This document shows, piece by piece, positions 18,697-26,696 of a stretch of DNA of 64,000 nt. Source of the stretch: Oscillospiraceae bacterium. GTDB taxonomy: Bacteria; Bacillota; Clostridia; Oscillospirales; CAG-272. The notes beneath the pieces are model-generated. The model ran no database searches and had not been told where the DNA came from. It saw nothing but the letters and a program-made list of their open reading frames with translations. Numbering within the stretch: position 1 is the first letter of the stretch; the number at the start of each line of letters is the position of its first letter. The stretch spans positions 34,680 to 98,679 of the forward strand of contig SVTW01000001.1 in assembly GCA_015063585.1 (NCBI GenBank), given 5' to 3'. The translations under genes and the position numbers were made by a program.

Positions 18697-18698
18697 GA

Positions 18699-18862
18699 AT
18701 GATGTTTGCCTTCGGCAAATGATGTTGGCTCCGCCAATGATGACGGCTTCGCCTAATGATGCGTGGTTTTGCCACGTTTTGGGGCAAACATCGCATCATT
18801 GCGGAACGCAGTGGAGCAACATCATATTTGCGAAGCAAATGCATCATATCGCCGCAGGCGAT
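18699..18862. repeat. array of 7-8 mini-hairpins separated by ATGATG (first half) and CATCAT (second half) spacers
   Basis: Hairpins TTTGCC-TTCG-GCAAA, TTGGC-TCC-GCCAA, CGTGG-TTTT-CCACG, TGCG-GAA-CGCA, ATTTGC-GAA-GCAAAT and ATCGCC-GCA-GGCGAT, each flanked by the hexamer. Confidence 0.65.
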
Positions 18863-18885
18863 GCTTCATTTGACAAACACATGTT

Positions 18886-19644
18886 TTAAGGTTCATCCGA
18901 AAATAAAAAATTCAACATTCTTTCGGGAGAGTCAAAAAAATCCTTGGTTAAGAGATAGTGCTCGGTCTCGCGATAGGATACCGATTCTATGGAATGTTGA
19001 GAAATCTGATAGATCTCGGCATTCGGCATTGTCATCAGAATGGGAGAATGCGTGGAAATAATAAACTGTGAATTCTTTTCTACAAGTCGATGAATTAAAA
19101 TCATCAGTTTCATCAAACGCGCCGGCGAAAGTGCCGCCTCAGGCTCGTCGAGAATGTAAAGACCGTTTTCTCCAAAGCGGTTTTCTACAAGGGAGAGAAA
19201 GCTTTCACCGTGAGATTGCCTGTGAAGCGATACGCCACCGTAGGAATGGATGATGGGCGGTGCCGACGCGGGTATACGGTCAAGCTGATCAATATAACTT
19301 GCAACGTTATAAAAGCTCTCGGCACGCAAAAAGAAGCCGTCTCGGCTTGGTGTGATCGATCTTGCAACGGTCAGATAACGGTAAAGCTCGGAGTGGCTGC
19401 TTTCGGTTGAAAAACGGAAGTTTCGTGTTCCGCCCTCTGGATTAAAGCCCATCGCAACCGCGATCGCCTCGATCAGCGTTGATTTGCCAACTCCGTTCTC
19501 CCCCACAAAAAAGGTGATGGGAGCGTGAAAGGAGAGCTTCTCCATGCGCTCCAGATGCTTTACCACCGAAAGTGCTGAGAAATACGCGTTGGCGGGAAGC
19601 GTGCCCGACAGCGCGATATGCTTGAGATAAGGTTCTTGAAGCAT
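18886..19644 (-). CDS. AAA/ABC-like ATPase, stand-alone (COG3910-like predicted ATPase)
   Basis: Walker A GENGVGKST, Walker B YILDEPEAALS. ORF trimmed to MLQEPYLKH (ATG at 19644, GGAGG RBS). Confidence 0.8.
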   Translation of the reverse strand: MLQEPYLKHIALSGTLPANAYFSALSVVKHLERMEKLSFHAPITFFVGENGVGKSTLIEAIAVAMGFNPEGGTRNFRFSTESSHSELYRYLTVARSITPSRDGFFLRAESFYNVASYIDQLDRIPASAPPIIHSYGGVSLHRQSHGESFLSLVENRFGENGLYILDEPEAALSPARLMKLMILIHRLVEKNSQFIISTHSPILMTMPNAEIYQISQHSIESVSYRETEHYLLTKDFFDSPERMLNFLFSDEP

Positions 19645-19704
19645 GCGAGGTCCTCCAATTCTCAAAAAGGGGAAAGACGCTTGGCTCTCTCCCCTTCTCA
19701 TTTT

Positions 19705-21612
19705 TTATTCTGTCAAAGCCAAAATCAACGCGTCGCAGTCCAGCGCAAACGAATGATGGATCGGTTCCGTTCGCTCTTGAATTCCAAAGCTGTCGCGCAA
19801 TGCCATTACGCGAACGGTCTTGTTTTGCATAATGGATGCGGTTGCCATTACGTCCGACAGCAACATGCCCATTCCGCCCGAATAGATCTCCTCTTCCAAG
19901 AAGATGACGCGGCATGTCTTTTTCGGAAGGAAAGGCTCAACCTTTTTGGCAATTTCATCATATGGCTTGATTTGCTCCAACAACAAAATGCCAACCTGCA
20001 TCTGCCCTTTCAATTGCTCTGCCGCCGCCATGGCTTCCTTCACAATTCTTCCATGCGTGATGATCACAGCGTCCAATTCCTCCGGAGAATCATGGACGGC
20101 TTGGCGATAGTTGTTGCGCACACCGATCTGTGTGATCGACGCGTCTTTATAAAAGGTCTCCAAAACAGCCGGATCCTCATAACCGCTCGGGTATCGAATT
20201 GCGGTTGGAAGCTCATTTTTGAGCGCGGTTTCAAGTGAAAGACGCAATCCCGCTCGCGTAATAGGCGTATAGATGGTCAAATTGGGAATTTGCGACAAAA
20301 ATGCTACGTCAAAAATACCGTGATGCGTTGCGCCGTCCGACGCGTTGAGTCCCGCGCGGTCAATACAAAAAACAACGGGAAGCTTTTGCAACGCAACGTC
20401 GTGAATTATATTGTCATAGGCACGCTGCAAAAACGTGGAATAGATAGCTACAACAGGACGAAAACCGTTTGCCGCGAGTCCTGCCGCAAAGGTAACCGCA
20501 TGCTCCTCGGCAATTCCCACGTCAAAGAAACGGGAAGGATATGCGGCTTGGAACTTGGTCAAGCCCGTTCCGCCCGCCATCGCAGCCGTTATGGCGCAGA
20601 TCTTCTCGTTTTTAGCGGCAAGCGCGGTTAAATGCGCGCCCATTTCTGCTGAAAAAGACGGCGTGTCGGGAACGACGGTTCCCGCGGGGGCGACCCCATG
20701 GAAACGGTCGGGCGTTGCTTCCGCCGGTGCATAGCCTTTTCCCTTTTGTGTTTTCAAATGAATCACACAGCTCTGTCGGCTTGCCTTTGCCTCACGCAAC
20801 AGCAGCTCCACTGCCGCCTCGTCGTTTCCGTTTACGGGTCCGAGATAGTAAAGCCCGAGATCCTCAAAATAGTTACTTCCGTACAGCGAGGATTTGAGCG
20901 ACATCTTCAAGCGGCGCAAGCCTGACACGATCGGCTTACCGATAAGCGGAATGCGACTCAAAAAAGAATTGGTTGCGTTTTTGGTTTTAAAGTAGCCTTT
21001 TGAAGAACGCAGACGCGAAAGCGTTCTCGCAAATCTTCCGATATTTTTGGAGATCGACATTTCGTTTTCGTTCAGTATGATGATCAAACGGAGCTTTTTA
21101 CGGCAGTTGTTGATTGCCTCATGGATCATACCGCCGGTGTAGGCTCCGTCGCCCAAAACGCAGATCGTATAAGCATCTGAACCGCTGATGCGGTCTGCCT
21201 CGGCAAAGCCAAGTGCCGCGGAAAGCGACGTGGAGCTATGCCCTGTGCCAAAGCAATCGTGCTCGCTTTCGCTCCGCTTTGGAAAGCCGCTGATTCCGCC
21301 GCCTTGGCGCAACGTATCAAACGAATCGCGCCGCCCCGTGATCAATTTGTGAATATATGCTTGATGTCCCACATCAAAAATAATATGATCGTGCGGAGAG
21401 GAAAAAACACGGTGAATTGCCAAAGACAGCTCTACCACACCAAGATTGGAAGCAAGATGACCGCCGTTTTCCAAAACACGCTCGACCAAAAAAGCGCGAA
21501 TCTCCTCCGCAAGAGCCGGAAGCTCGGATGCGGGAATTGCTTTCAGATCATCCGGACTGTTCACACGAAACAGATGCGGATATTTTTCGTTTTGAAATGC
21601 TTGAGCATCCAT
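19705..21612 (-). CDS. dxs: 1-deoxy-D-xylulose-5-phosphate synthase
   Basis: 635 aa; TPP-binding GDGAYTGGM motif and GHSSTSLSAALG; full-length DXS layout. Confidence 0.92.
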   Translation of the reverse strand: MDAQAFQNEKYPHLFRVNSPDDLKAIPASELPALAEEIRAFLVERVLENGGHLASNLGVVELSLAIHRVFSSPHDHIIFDVGHQAYIHKLITGRRDSFDTLRQGGGISGFPKRSESEHDCFGTGHSSTSLSAALGFAEADRISGSDAYTICVLGDGAYTGGMIHEAINNCRKKLRLIIILNENEMSISKNIGRFARTLSRLRSSKGYFKTKNATNSFLSRIPLIGKPIVSGLRRLKMSLKSSLYGSNYFEDLGLYYLGPVNGNDEAAVELLLREAKASRQSCVIHLKTQKGKGYAPAEATPDRFHGVAPAGTVVPDTPSFSAEMGAHLTALAAKNEKICAITAAMAGGTGLTKFQAAYPSRFFDVGIAEEHAVTFAAGLAANGFRPVVAIYSTFLQRAYDNIIHDVALQKLPVVFCIDRAGLNASDGATHHGIFDVAFLSQIPNLTIYTPITRAGLRLSLETALKNELPTAIRYPSGYEDPAVLETFYKDASITQIGVRNNYRQAVHDSPEELDAVIITHGRIVKEAMAAAEQLKGQMQVGILLLEQIKPYDEIAKKVEPFLPKKTCRVIFLEEEIYSGGMGMLLSDVMATASIMQNKTVRVMALRDSFGIQERTEPIHHSFALDCDALILALTE

Positions 21613-21647
21613 TCGATGTCAGCCCCCTTCTTTTTTTCTTATCTATT

Positions 21648-21676
21648 AGTATACCACAAAAAACCGCACTTGTCAA
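21648..21676 (-). promoter_or_regulatory. sigma-A promoter for dxs (TTGACA-17-TGG-TATACT)
   Basis: The reverse complement shows TTGACA, a 17-nt spacer and an extended -10. Confidence 0.55.
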
Positions 21677-21789
21677 GGCAGGGGCGATTTTTTAAGCTTT
21701 TATTCGTTTTTTGTAAAAAAATGCGAAATCATTCGAAAAAAGGTAGGTAAATTAAAATAATTAACCGCTATTGTCTTTTAAAGTCCGCT

Positions 21790-21822
21790 TTTGACTTTCT
21801 TTGACTTTGACTTTCTTTGACT
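21790..21822. promoter_or_regulatory. two tandem CtsR operators (inverted orientation) overlapping the -35
   Basis: TTTGACT-TTC-TTTGACT occurs twice (21790-21806, 21806-21822). This is the reverse complement of the CtsR box consensus RGTCAAANANRGTCAAA. Confidence 0.75.
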
Positions 21823-21835
21823 ATCAGAGTATAAT
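21807..21835 (+). promoter_or_regulatory. sigma-A promoter of the ctsR operon (TTGACT-17-TATAAT)
   Basis: -35 at 21807-21812, -10 at 21830-21835. Confidence 0.65.
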
Positions 21836-21846
21836 GATGCCAGAAA

Positions 21847-21863
21847 GGTCAAAGAAGGTCAAA
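21847..21863 (+). promoter_or_regulatory. CtsR operator (direct orientation) downstream of the -10
   Basis: GGTCAAAGAAGGTCAAA is an exact match to the heptad direct-repeat consensus. Confidence 0.8.
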
Positions 21864-21881
21864 AAAGAAAGGAGCCCACCT

Positions 21882-22337
21882 ATGCTAGCGGATTATATTG
21901 CGAAAATAATTGAAGAAATGCTCAATGAGGGGAACGGAATTTTAGAGCTTCAACGAAATGAGATGGCAAATCGGATCGGATGTGTTCCAAGTCAGATCAG
22001 CTACGTAATCGCCTCCCGTTTCACACCCGAGCGCGGATATATGATCGAATCAAGGCGCGGCGGCGGCGGTTGTATCCGCATTGTACGCAAGCAAATGAGT
22101 CAGAATGAATACTTGATGCATTTCTTTTGCGCAATCGGCGAGAGCATTGAAGAAGGTGAGGCGATTGCGTATCTGAAAAATCTGGTCGGAAGCGGCTGCA
22201 TTGACACCACTGCCCTCCGCATGGCGCAAGCGGCACTTTCCACCTCTGCCCTCTCGGCAATTGCCCCCGAGCACCGCAGCAGAATTCGCGCTGATATTTT
22301 CAAGCAAATGATCCTTGCCCTGATGCAAAGCAAGTAA
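21882..22337 (+). CDS. ctsR: class III stress-gene transcriptional repressor CtsR
   Basis: N-terminus MLADYIAKIIEEML..., glycine-rich loop ESRRGGGGCIRI; AAAGGAG RBS; operon context with mcsA, mcsB and clpC. Confidence 0.9.
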   Translation: MLADYIAKIIEEMLNEGNGILELQRNEMANRIGCVPSQISYVIASRFTPERGYMIESRRGGGGCIRIVRKQMSQNEYLMHFFCAIGESIEEGEAIAYLKNLVGSGCIDTTALRMAQAALSTSALSAIAPEHRSRIRADIFKQMILALMQSK

Positions 22338-22454
22338 AATTTTCCACTTTTTCGTTTTTTACAGAGATTGCGACAAGTTTCGTAACCAAAAAGCGATATA
22401 ATAGAACAAAACAACGGTCGTTTCAAAAAACGGTCAAAGAAAGGATTGATTGAT

Positions 22455-22997
22455 ATGTTATGTGAAAGCTGCAAAAAAAGAACCGCAACGGTTTTTTATA
22501 ATGAAAACATCAACGGTCGCGCACGTTCCTTCTCGCTCTGCGGTGAATGTGCCGCAAAGCTTCGCGAAAAGGGTGACTTGCAGGACGTAACCTCAATGCT
22601 GGGGAGTTTTGCCGATCCCTTCAGCAACCTGCACGACAATCTGTTCGGCGGATTTTTCGGGATTCCTTCGGCAAAAATTAACTCGGTTGAGAAAAAATGC
22701 CCCGAATGCGGAGCGGGATACTCTGAGATCGCAAAAAGCGGAAAGGTAGGCTGTCCCACCTGCTACACGATCTTTCGGGACGAGCTTGCGCGTACACTCC
22801 AATCCATTCACGGAACAACACAGCACACGGGGCACGTCCCTGCCCGTCACCGCGCTAAGCAGGCGCGCGAGGAACAACTGCAAACACTTCGCGAATCCTT
22901 GCGGAATGCGATTGAAAAGGAAGACTATGAAAGTGCGGCAAAGCTTCGCGATGAAATTCGCGCTTTGAATGAAAAGAATGAAAAGGAGGGAGACTAA
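22455..22997 (+). CDS. mcsA: McsA (zinc-finger / UvrB-C motif activator of McsB)
   Basis: CxxC zinc-finger pairs and a C-terminal UVR motif (EDYESAAKLRDEIRAL); gene order. Confidence 0.85.
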   Translation: MLCESCKKRTATVFYNENINGRARSFSLCGECAAKLREKGDLQDVTSMLGSFADPFSNLHDNLFGGFFGIPSAKINSVEKKCPECGAGYSEIAKSGKVGCPTCYTIFRDELARTLQSIHGTTQHTGHVPARHRAKQAREEQLQTLRESLRNAIEKEDYESAAKLRDEIRALNEKNEKEGD

Positions 22998-22999
22998 AA

Positions 23000-24013
23000 A
23001 TGGCATGGTATAACGCAAAAGGCAACACAACCGAAACCGTGATCAGCTCACGTGTCCGTCTCGCGAGAAATATTTGCGGATATCCCTTTTCTTCCAAACT
23101 CACAGCCGATGGAGCAAACGCGATTTTGGAAAAAATTACGCCGCCTCTTGAATCCTCGGGCTTTAAAAAGATTGATTTTTCGGGGATCTCCCCTATTTTG
23201 GCAACCTCCTACGTTGAAAAGCATTACGTGAGCCCCGATTTTGCGACCAAGACGACCCCACACGCGCTTTTTTTGCAAGAAAACTCCGGAATTGCCGTGA
23301 TGGCTTGCGAGGAAGATCACCTGCGCATTCAATGCATTCTTCCGGGACTCGCTTTAGAAGACGCGTATCAGAACGCATTGCGTGCCGAAAAACGACTCGA
23401 CGAGGACTTTGATTTTGCCTACAGCGAAGAGCTCGGCTATCTCACCCACTGCCCCACCAATCTCGGGACAGGCATGCGTGCATCGGTGATGATGTTTTTG
23501 CCCGCACTCACGCGCGGCGGATATATGGAGTCCCTTGCGTCACAGCTCTCAAAAATCGGACTGACCGTGCGTGGAATATTTGGAGAAGGCAGTGGGTCCG
23601 CCGGCTGTATGTATCAGATTTCCAACCAGGTTACTCTTGGGCTGAGCGAGGAAGAAACCCTGCGAAAGCTCGCGGAGGCAATTCGTCAGATCAACGAAAG
23701 CGAGCTCCGTGCACGGCAATCGGTAACGGGAGACGCGCTCGACCGTTTGATTGACCGCATCAAGCGTGCGGAAGGCATTCTCCGCTATTCGCATATGATC
23801 TCCACCTCGGAATTTATCAAGCTCTTTGCCGACGTTCGCCTCGGCATTTCGCTGGGGGTGGTAGATGGAATCACTTATGAACAGCTCGGTCAGCTACTCG
23901 TGGAGGCAATGCCCGCCACCTTAACGCTTTCTATGGATACGCCCCCGAAAACCGAAGCGGCACGCGACAAGCTTCGTGCCCAAAAAATTCGGGAGGTCTT
24001 TGGCGGAAAATAA
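23000..24013 (+). CDS. mcsB: protein-arginine kinase McsB
   Basis: Phosphagen-kinase catalytic core (CPTNLGTGMRASVM); gene order. Confidence 0.9.
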   Translation: MAWYNAKGNTTETVISSRVRLARNICGYPFSSKLTADGANAILEKITPPLESSGFKKIDFSGISPILATSYVEKHYVSPDFATKTTPHALFLQENSGIAVMACEEDHLRIQCILPGLALEDAYQNALRAEKRLDEDFDFAYSEELGYLTHCPTNLGTGMRASVMMFLPALTRGGYMESLASQLSKIGLTVRGIFGEGSGSAGCMYQISNQVTLGLSEEETLRKLAEAIRQINESELRARQSVTGDALDRLIDRIKRAEGILRYSHMISTSEFIKLFADVRLGISLGVVDGITYEQLGQLLVEAMPATLTLSMDTPPKTEAARDKLRAQKIREVFGGK

Positions 24014-24055
24014 GTCAATATCCTTTTATCATCAAGAAAGGAAGTTAAAAAACAA

Positions 24056-26521
24056 ATGGCAAACCGTTTCACACAAAAAGCACAAAACGTTCTCAATCTC
24101 TCACTGCGGATCGCCGCTGAGATGGGACACACATACATTGGATCGGAGCACCTGCTCCTGGCTCTCCTTGCCGAGGAATCCGGCGTTGCGTCGCACTATC
24201 TGCGCGAGCGAGGGGCAGATCCCGAAAAGATCAAAAACGCGATCGCTGAGGTTTCGGGGATCGGCTCCCCCTCCTCTGTTTCGCCCTCCGATATGACGCC
24301 CCGAACCAAAAGCATCATTGAAGCCTCTTTGCAGGAATCCATGCGCTACCGTCAAAATTATATTGGAACCGAGCACCTGCTCCTGGCATTGCTGGAAGAA
24401 CAGGATTCGGTTGCGGTACGTCTGCTTGATAGCTTTGAAGTTTCGATCAGCAGCCTTCGCGAAGATCTGATCCAATATCTTTCGGGAACAGGGGCGGAAT
24501 CCTCAAATGCGGCACAAAACCGTTATAACAGCTCCGAAAAAAGAAGCTATGACGGAAAAAGCGCACTTGATTCCACTACAACACTGAAAAATTTTGGTCG
24601 GGATCTGACCGATCAGGCACGCGCGGGCGCTCTTGACCCGATCATTGGACGAAACGAGGAAACCGAACGTGTGATCCAGATCCTGTCACGGCGAACGAAA
24701 AACAATCCTTGTCTGATCGGAGAGCCCGGCGTTGGAAAAACGGCGGTTGTGGAAGGTCTTGCGCAACGGATCGTTGCGGGAAACGTTCCCGAAACGCTCC
24801 GTGAAAAATCAATTGTCACGCTGGATATTGCCTCGATGATCGCGGGCGCAAAATATCGCGGTGAATTTGAGGAACGCTTCAAAAACGTTATGGAGGAAGT
24901 TCGCAAAAACAGCAATATCATCCTCTTTATCGACGAAATTCACACCATCATCGGAGCCGGTGCCGCAGAGGGTGCGGTAGATGCCGCTAACATTATCAAG
25001 CCCGCTCTCGCACGCGCGGAAATGCAGGTGATCGGTGCTACCACAATTGCCGAATATCGCAAGCACATCGAAAAGGATGCCGCTTTGGAACGCAGATTTC
25101 AATCGGTAACGGTTGGCGAGCCGACACGTGAGGACGCGATCCTGATCTTGAAGGGCTTGCGTGAGAAATACGAGGCACATCACAAGCTGAAAATTGAGGA
25201 TGAGGCAATTGATGCTGCCGTAACGCTCTCCGTCCGATATATTCCCGATCGATTTCTGCCCGACAAGGCAATTGATCTGATTGACGAGGCTGCATCACGC
25301 CTTCGCATCAGTGCGCATACCTCGCCTCCCGATCTTAAGGCGTTGGAAACCGAAATGAAGGAGCTTGCCAAGGAAAAGGAAGCGGCGATCACAGCGCAGG
25401 AATTTGAGCGAGCCGCCAAGCTCCGCGATGAGGAACAAACTAAGAAAACCGAATATGAAACAAAAAAATCAGAATGGGAAAACGCGCAAAAAGGCACTTC
25501 CCTTTCGGTAACGGCACAGGACGTTGCGGACGTAGTGACCCAATGGACAGGCATTCCCGTGAGCCGTTTGCTTGAGGAGGAAAGCGAAAAGCTTTTGCAC
25601 CTCGACACAATGCTTCGGGAGCGTGTGATCGGTCAGGACGATGCTGTCGATGCCGTTGCCCGCGCGATCCGCCGCGGCAGAATGGGCCTCAAGGATCCCA
25701 ACCGCCCGATCGGCTCCTTTATTTTCATGGGTCCTACGGGAATCGGTAAAACAGAGCTTGCCAAGGCCCTTGCAGAGGTGATGTTTGGGGACCGTTCGGC
25801 AATGATCCGACTGGATATGTCGGAATATATGGAAAAGCACAGCGTTTCCAAGCTGATCGGCTCGCCTCCCGGCTACGTGGGCTTTGAAGAAGGCGGACAA
25901 CTGACCGAACGGATCCGTCGCAAGCCCTATTCGGTGGTGCTCTTTGATGAGATCGAAAAAGCGCATCCCGACGTATTCAATATTCTTCTGCAGGTGCTTG
26001 AGGACGGTATCCTGACCGATTCACAGGGGCGGCATGTTGATTTCCGCAACACCGTGATCATTTTGACCTCAAACGTTGGAGCGGGAGAAATGAAAGCAAC
26101 CGCATCACTTGGATTCACCGCGTCGGCGGTTTCCAATGACCGTGACGCCATGAAGACTCGTATGATGCAGGCCTTGCGCTCCACCTTCCGTCCCGAATTT
26201 CTCAACCGTATTGATGATATCATGATCTTCAACGCGCTTGAAATGAAGGATATCGAAAAGATCGTATCGCTGATGCTCGCGGAGGTCGCAAAACGCATCC
26301 AATCCCTCTCCATTGAAATCACCTTCGATGATTCGGTTCCCGCGCTTCTCGCCAAAGAAGGCTTTGATCCTACCTATGGCGCACGTCCGCTTCGCCGAGC
26401 GGTGGTACGCTTGGTGGAGGACACGTTCTCTACCGAAATGCTGGAGGGCAAGATTGCAGCCGGCGACAAGATCCTGGCAAAAGCCGAGGACGGTCACGTT
26501 GTATTTTCAAAAACAGAATAA
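24056..26521 (+). CDS. clpC: ATP-dependent Clp protease ATP-binding subunit ClpC
   Basis: 821 aa; Clp_N repeats, two AAA+ modules ([16 protein letters not shown]), UVR linker. Confidence 0.93.
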   Translation: MANRFTQKAQNVLNLSLRIAAEMGHTYIGSEHLLLALLAEESGVASHYLRERGADPEKIKNAIAEVSGIGSPSSVSPSDMTPRTKSIIEASLQESMRYRQNYIGTEHLLLALLEEQDSVAVRLLDSFEVSISSLREDLIQYLSGTGAESSNAAQNRYNSSEKRSYDGKSALDSTTTLKNFGRDLTDQARAGALDPIIGRNEETERVIQILSRRTKNNPCLIGEPGVGKTAVVEGLAQRIVAGNVPETLREKSIVTLDIASMIAGAKYRGEFEERFKNVMEEVRKNSNIILFIDEIHTIIGAGAAEGAVDAANIIKPALARAEMQVIGATTIAEYRKHIEKDAALERRFQSVTVGEPTREDAILILKGLREKYEAHHKLKIEDEAIDAAVTLSVRYIPDRFLPDKAIDLIDEAASRLRISAHTSPPDLKALETEMKELAKEKEAAITAQEFERAAKLRDEEQTKKTEYETKKSEWENAQKGTSLSVTAQDVADVVTQWTGIPVSRLLEEESEKLLHLDTMLRERVIGQDDAVDAVARAIRRGRMGLKDPNRPIGSFIFMGPTGIGKTELAKALAEVMFGDRSAMIRLDMSEYMEKHSVSKLIGSPPGYVGFEEGGQLTERIRRKPYSVVLFDEIEKAHPDVFNILLQVLEDGILTDSQGRHVDFRNTVIILTSNVGAGEMKATASLGFTASAVSNDRDAMKTRMMQALRSTFRPEFLNRIDDIMIFNALEMKDIEKIVSLMLAEVAKRIQSLSIEITFDDSVPALLAKEGFDPTYGARPLRRAVVRLVEDTFSTEMLEGKIAAGDKILAKAEDGHVVFSKTE

Positions 26522-26548
26522 CCTTTCAAAAGCAAAATAAACCAATCG

Positions 26549-26591
26549 GAGTGATCTGTGTGCGAAACCGCATTCGGATCACTCTTTTTTT
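26549..26591 (+). terminator. rho-independent terminator of the clpC operon
   Basis: GAGTGATC/GATCACTC stem followed by 7 T. Confidence 0.8.
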
Positions 26592-26696
26592 GCAAAAAAA
26601 ATATTTATTTTTTTACAGAATCTATCGCAAAAGGGAGTTTTTTATGTTATAATAAAGACAGTACGATTCCACGTTGCTAAAAAGGAGGAGAAATCA

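Noticed and set aside
18611-18889. 92-aa ORF downstream of the tRNA
   Set aside because: It starts inside the tRNA and crosses its terminator and the mini-hairpin array; it is non-coding.
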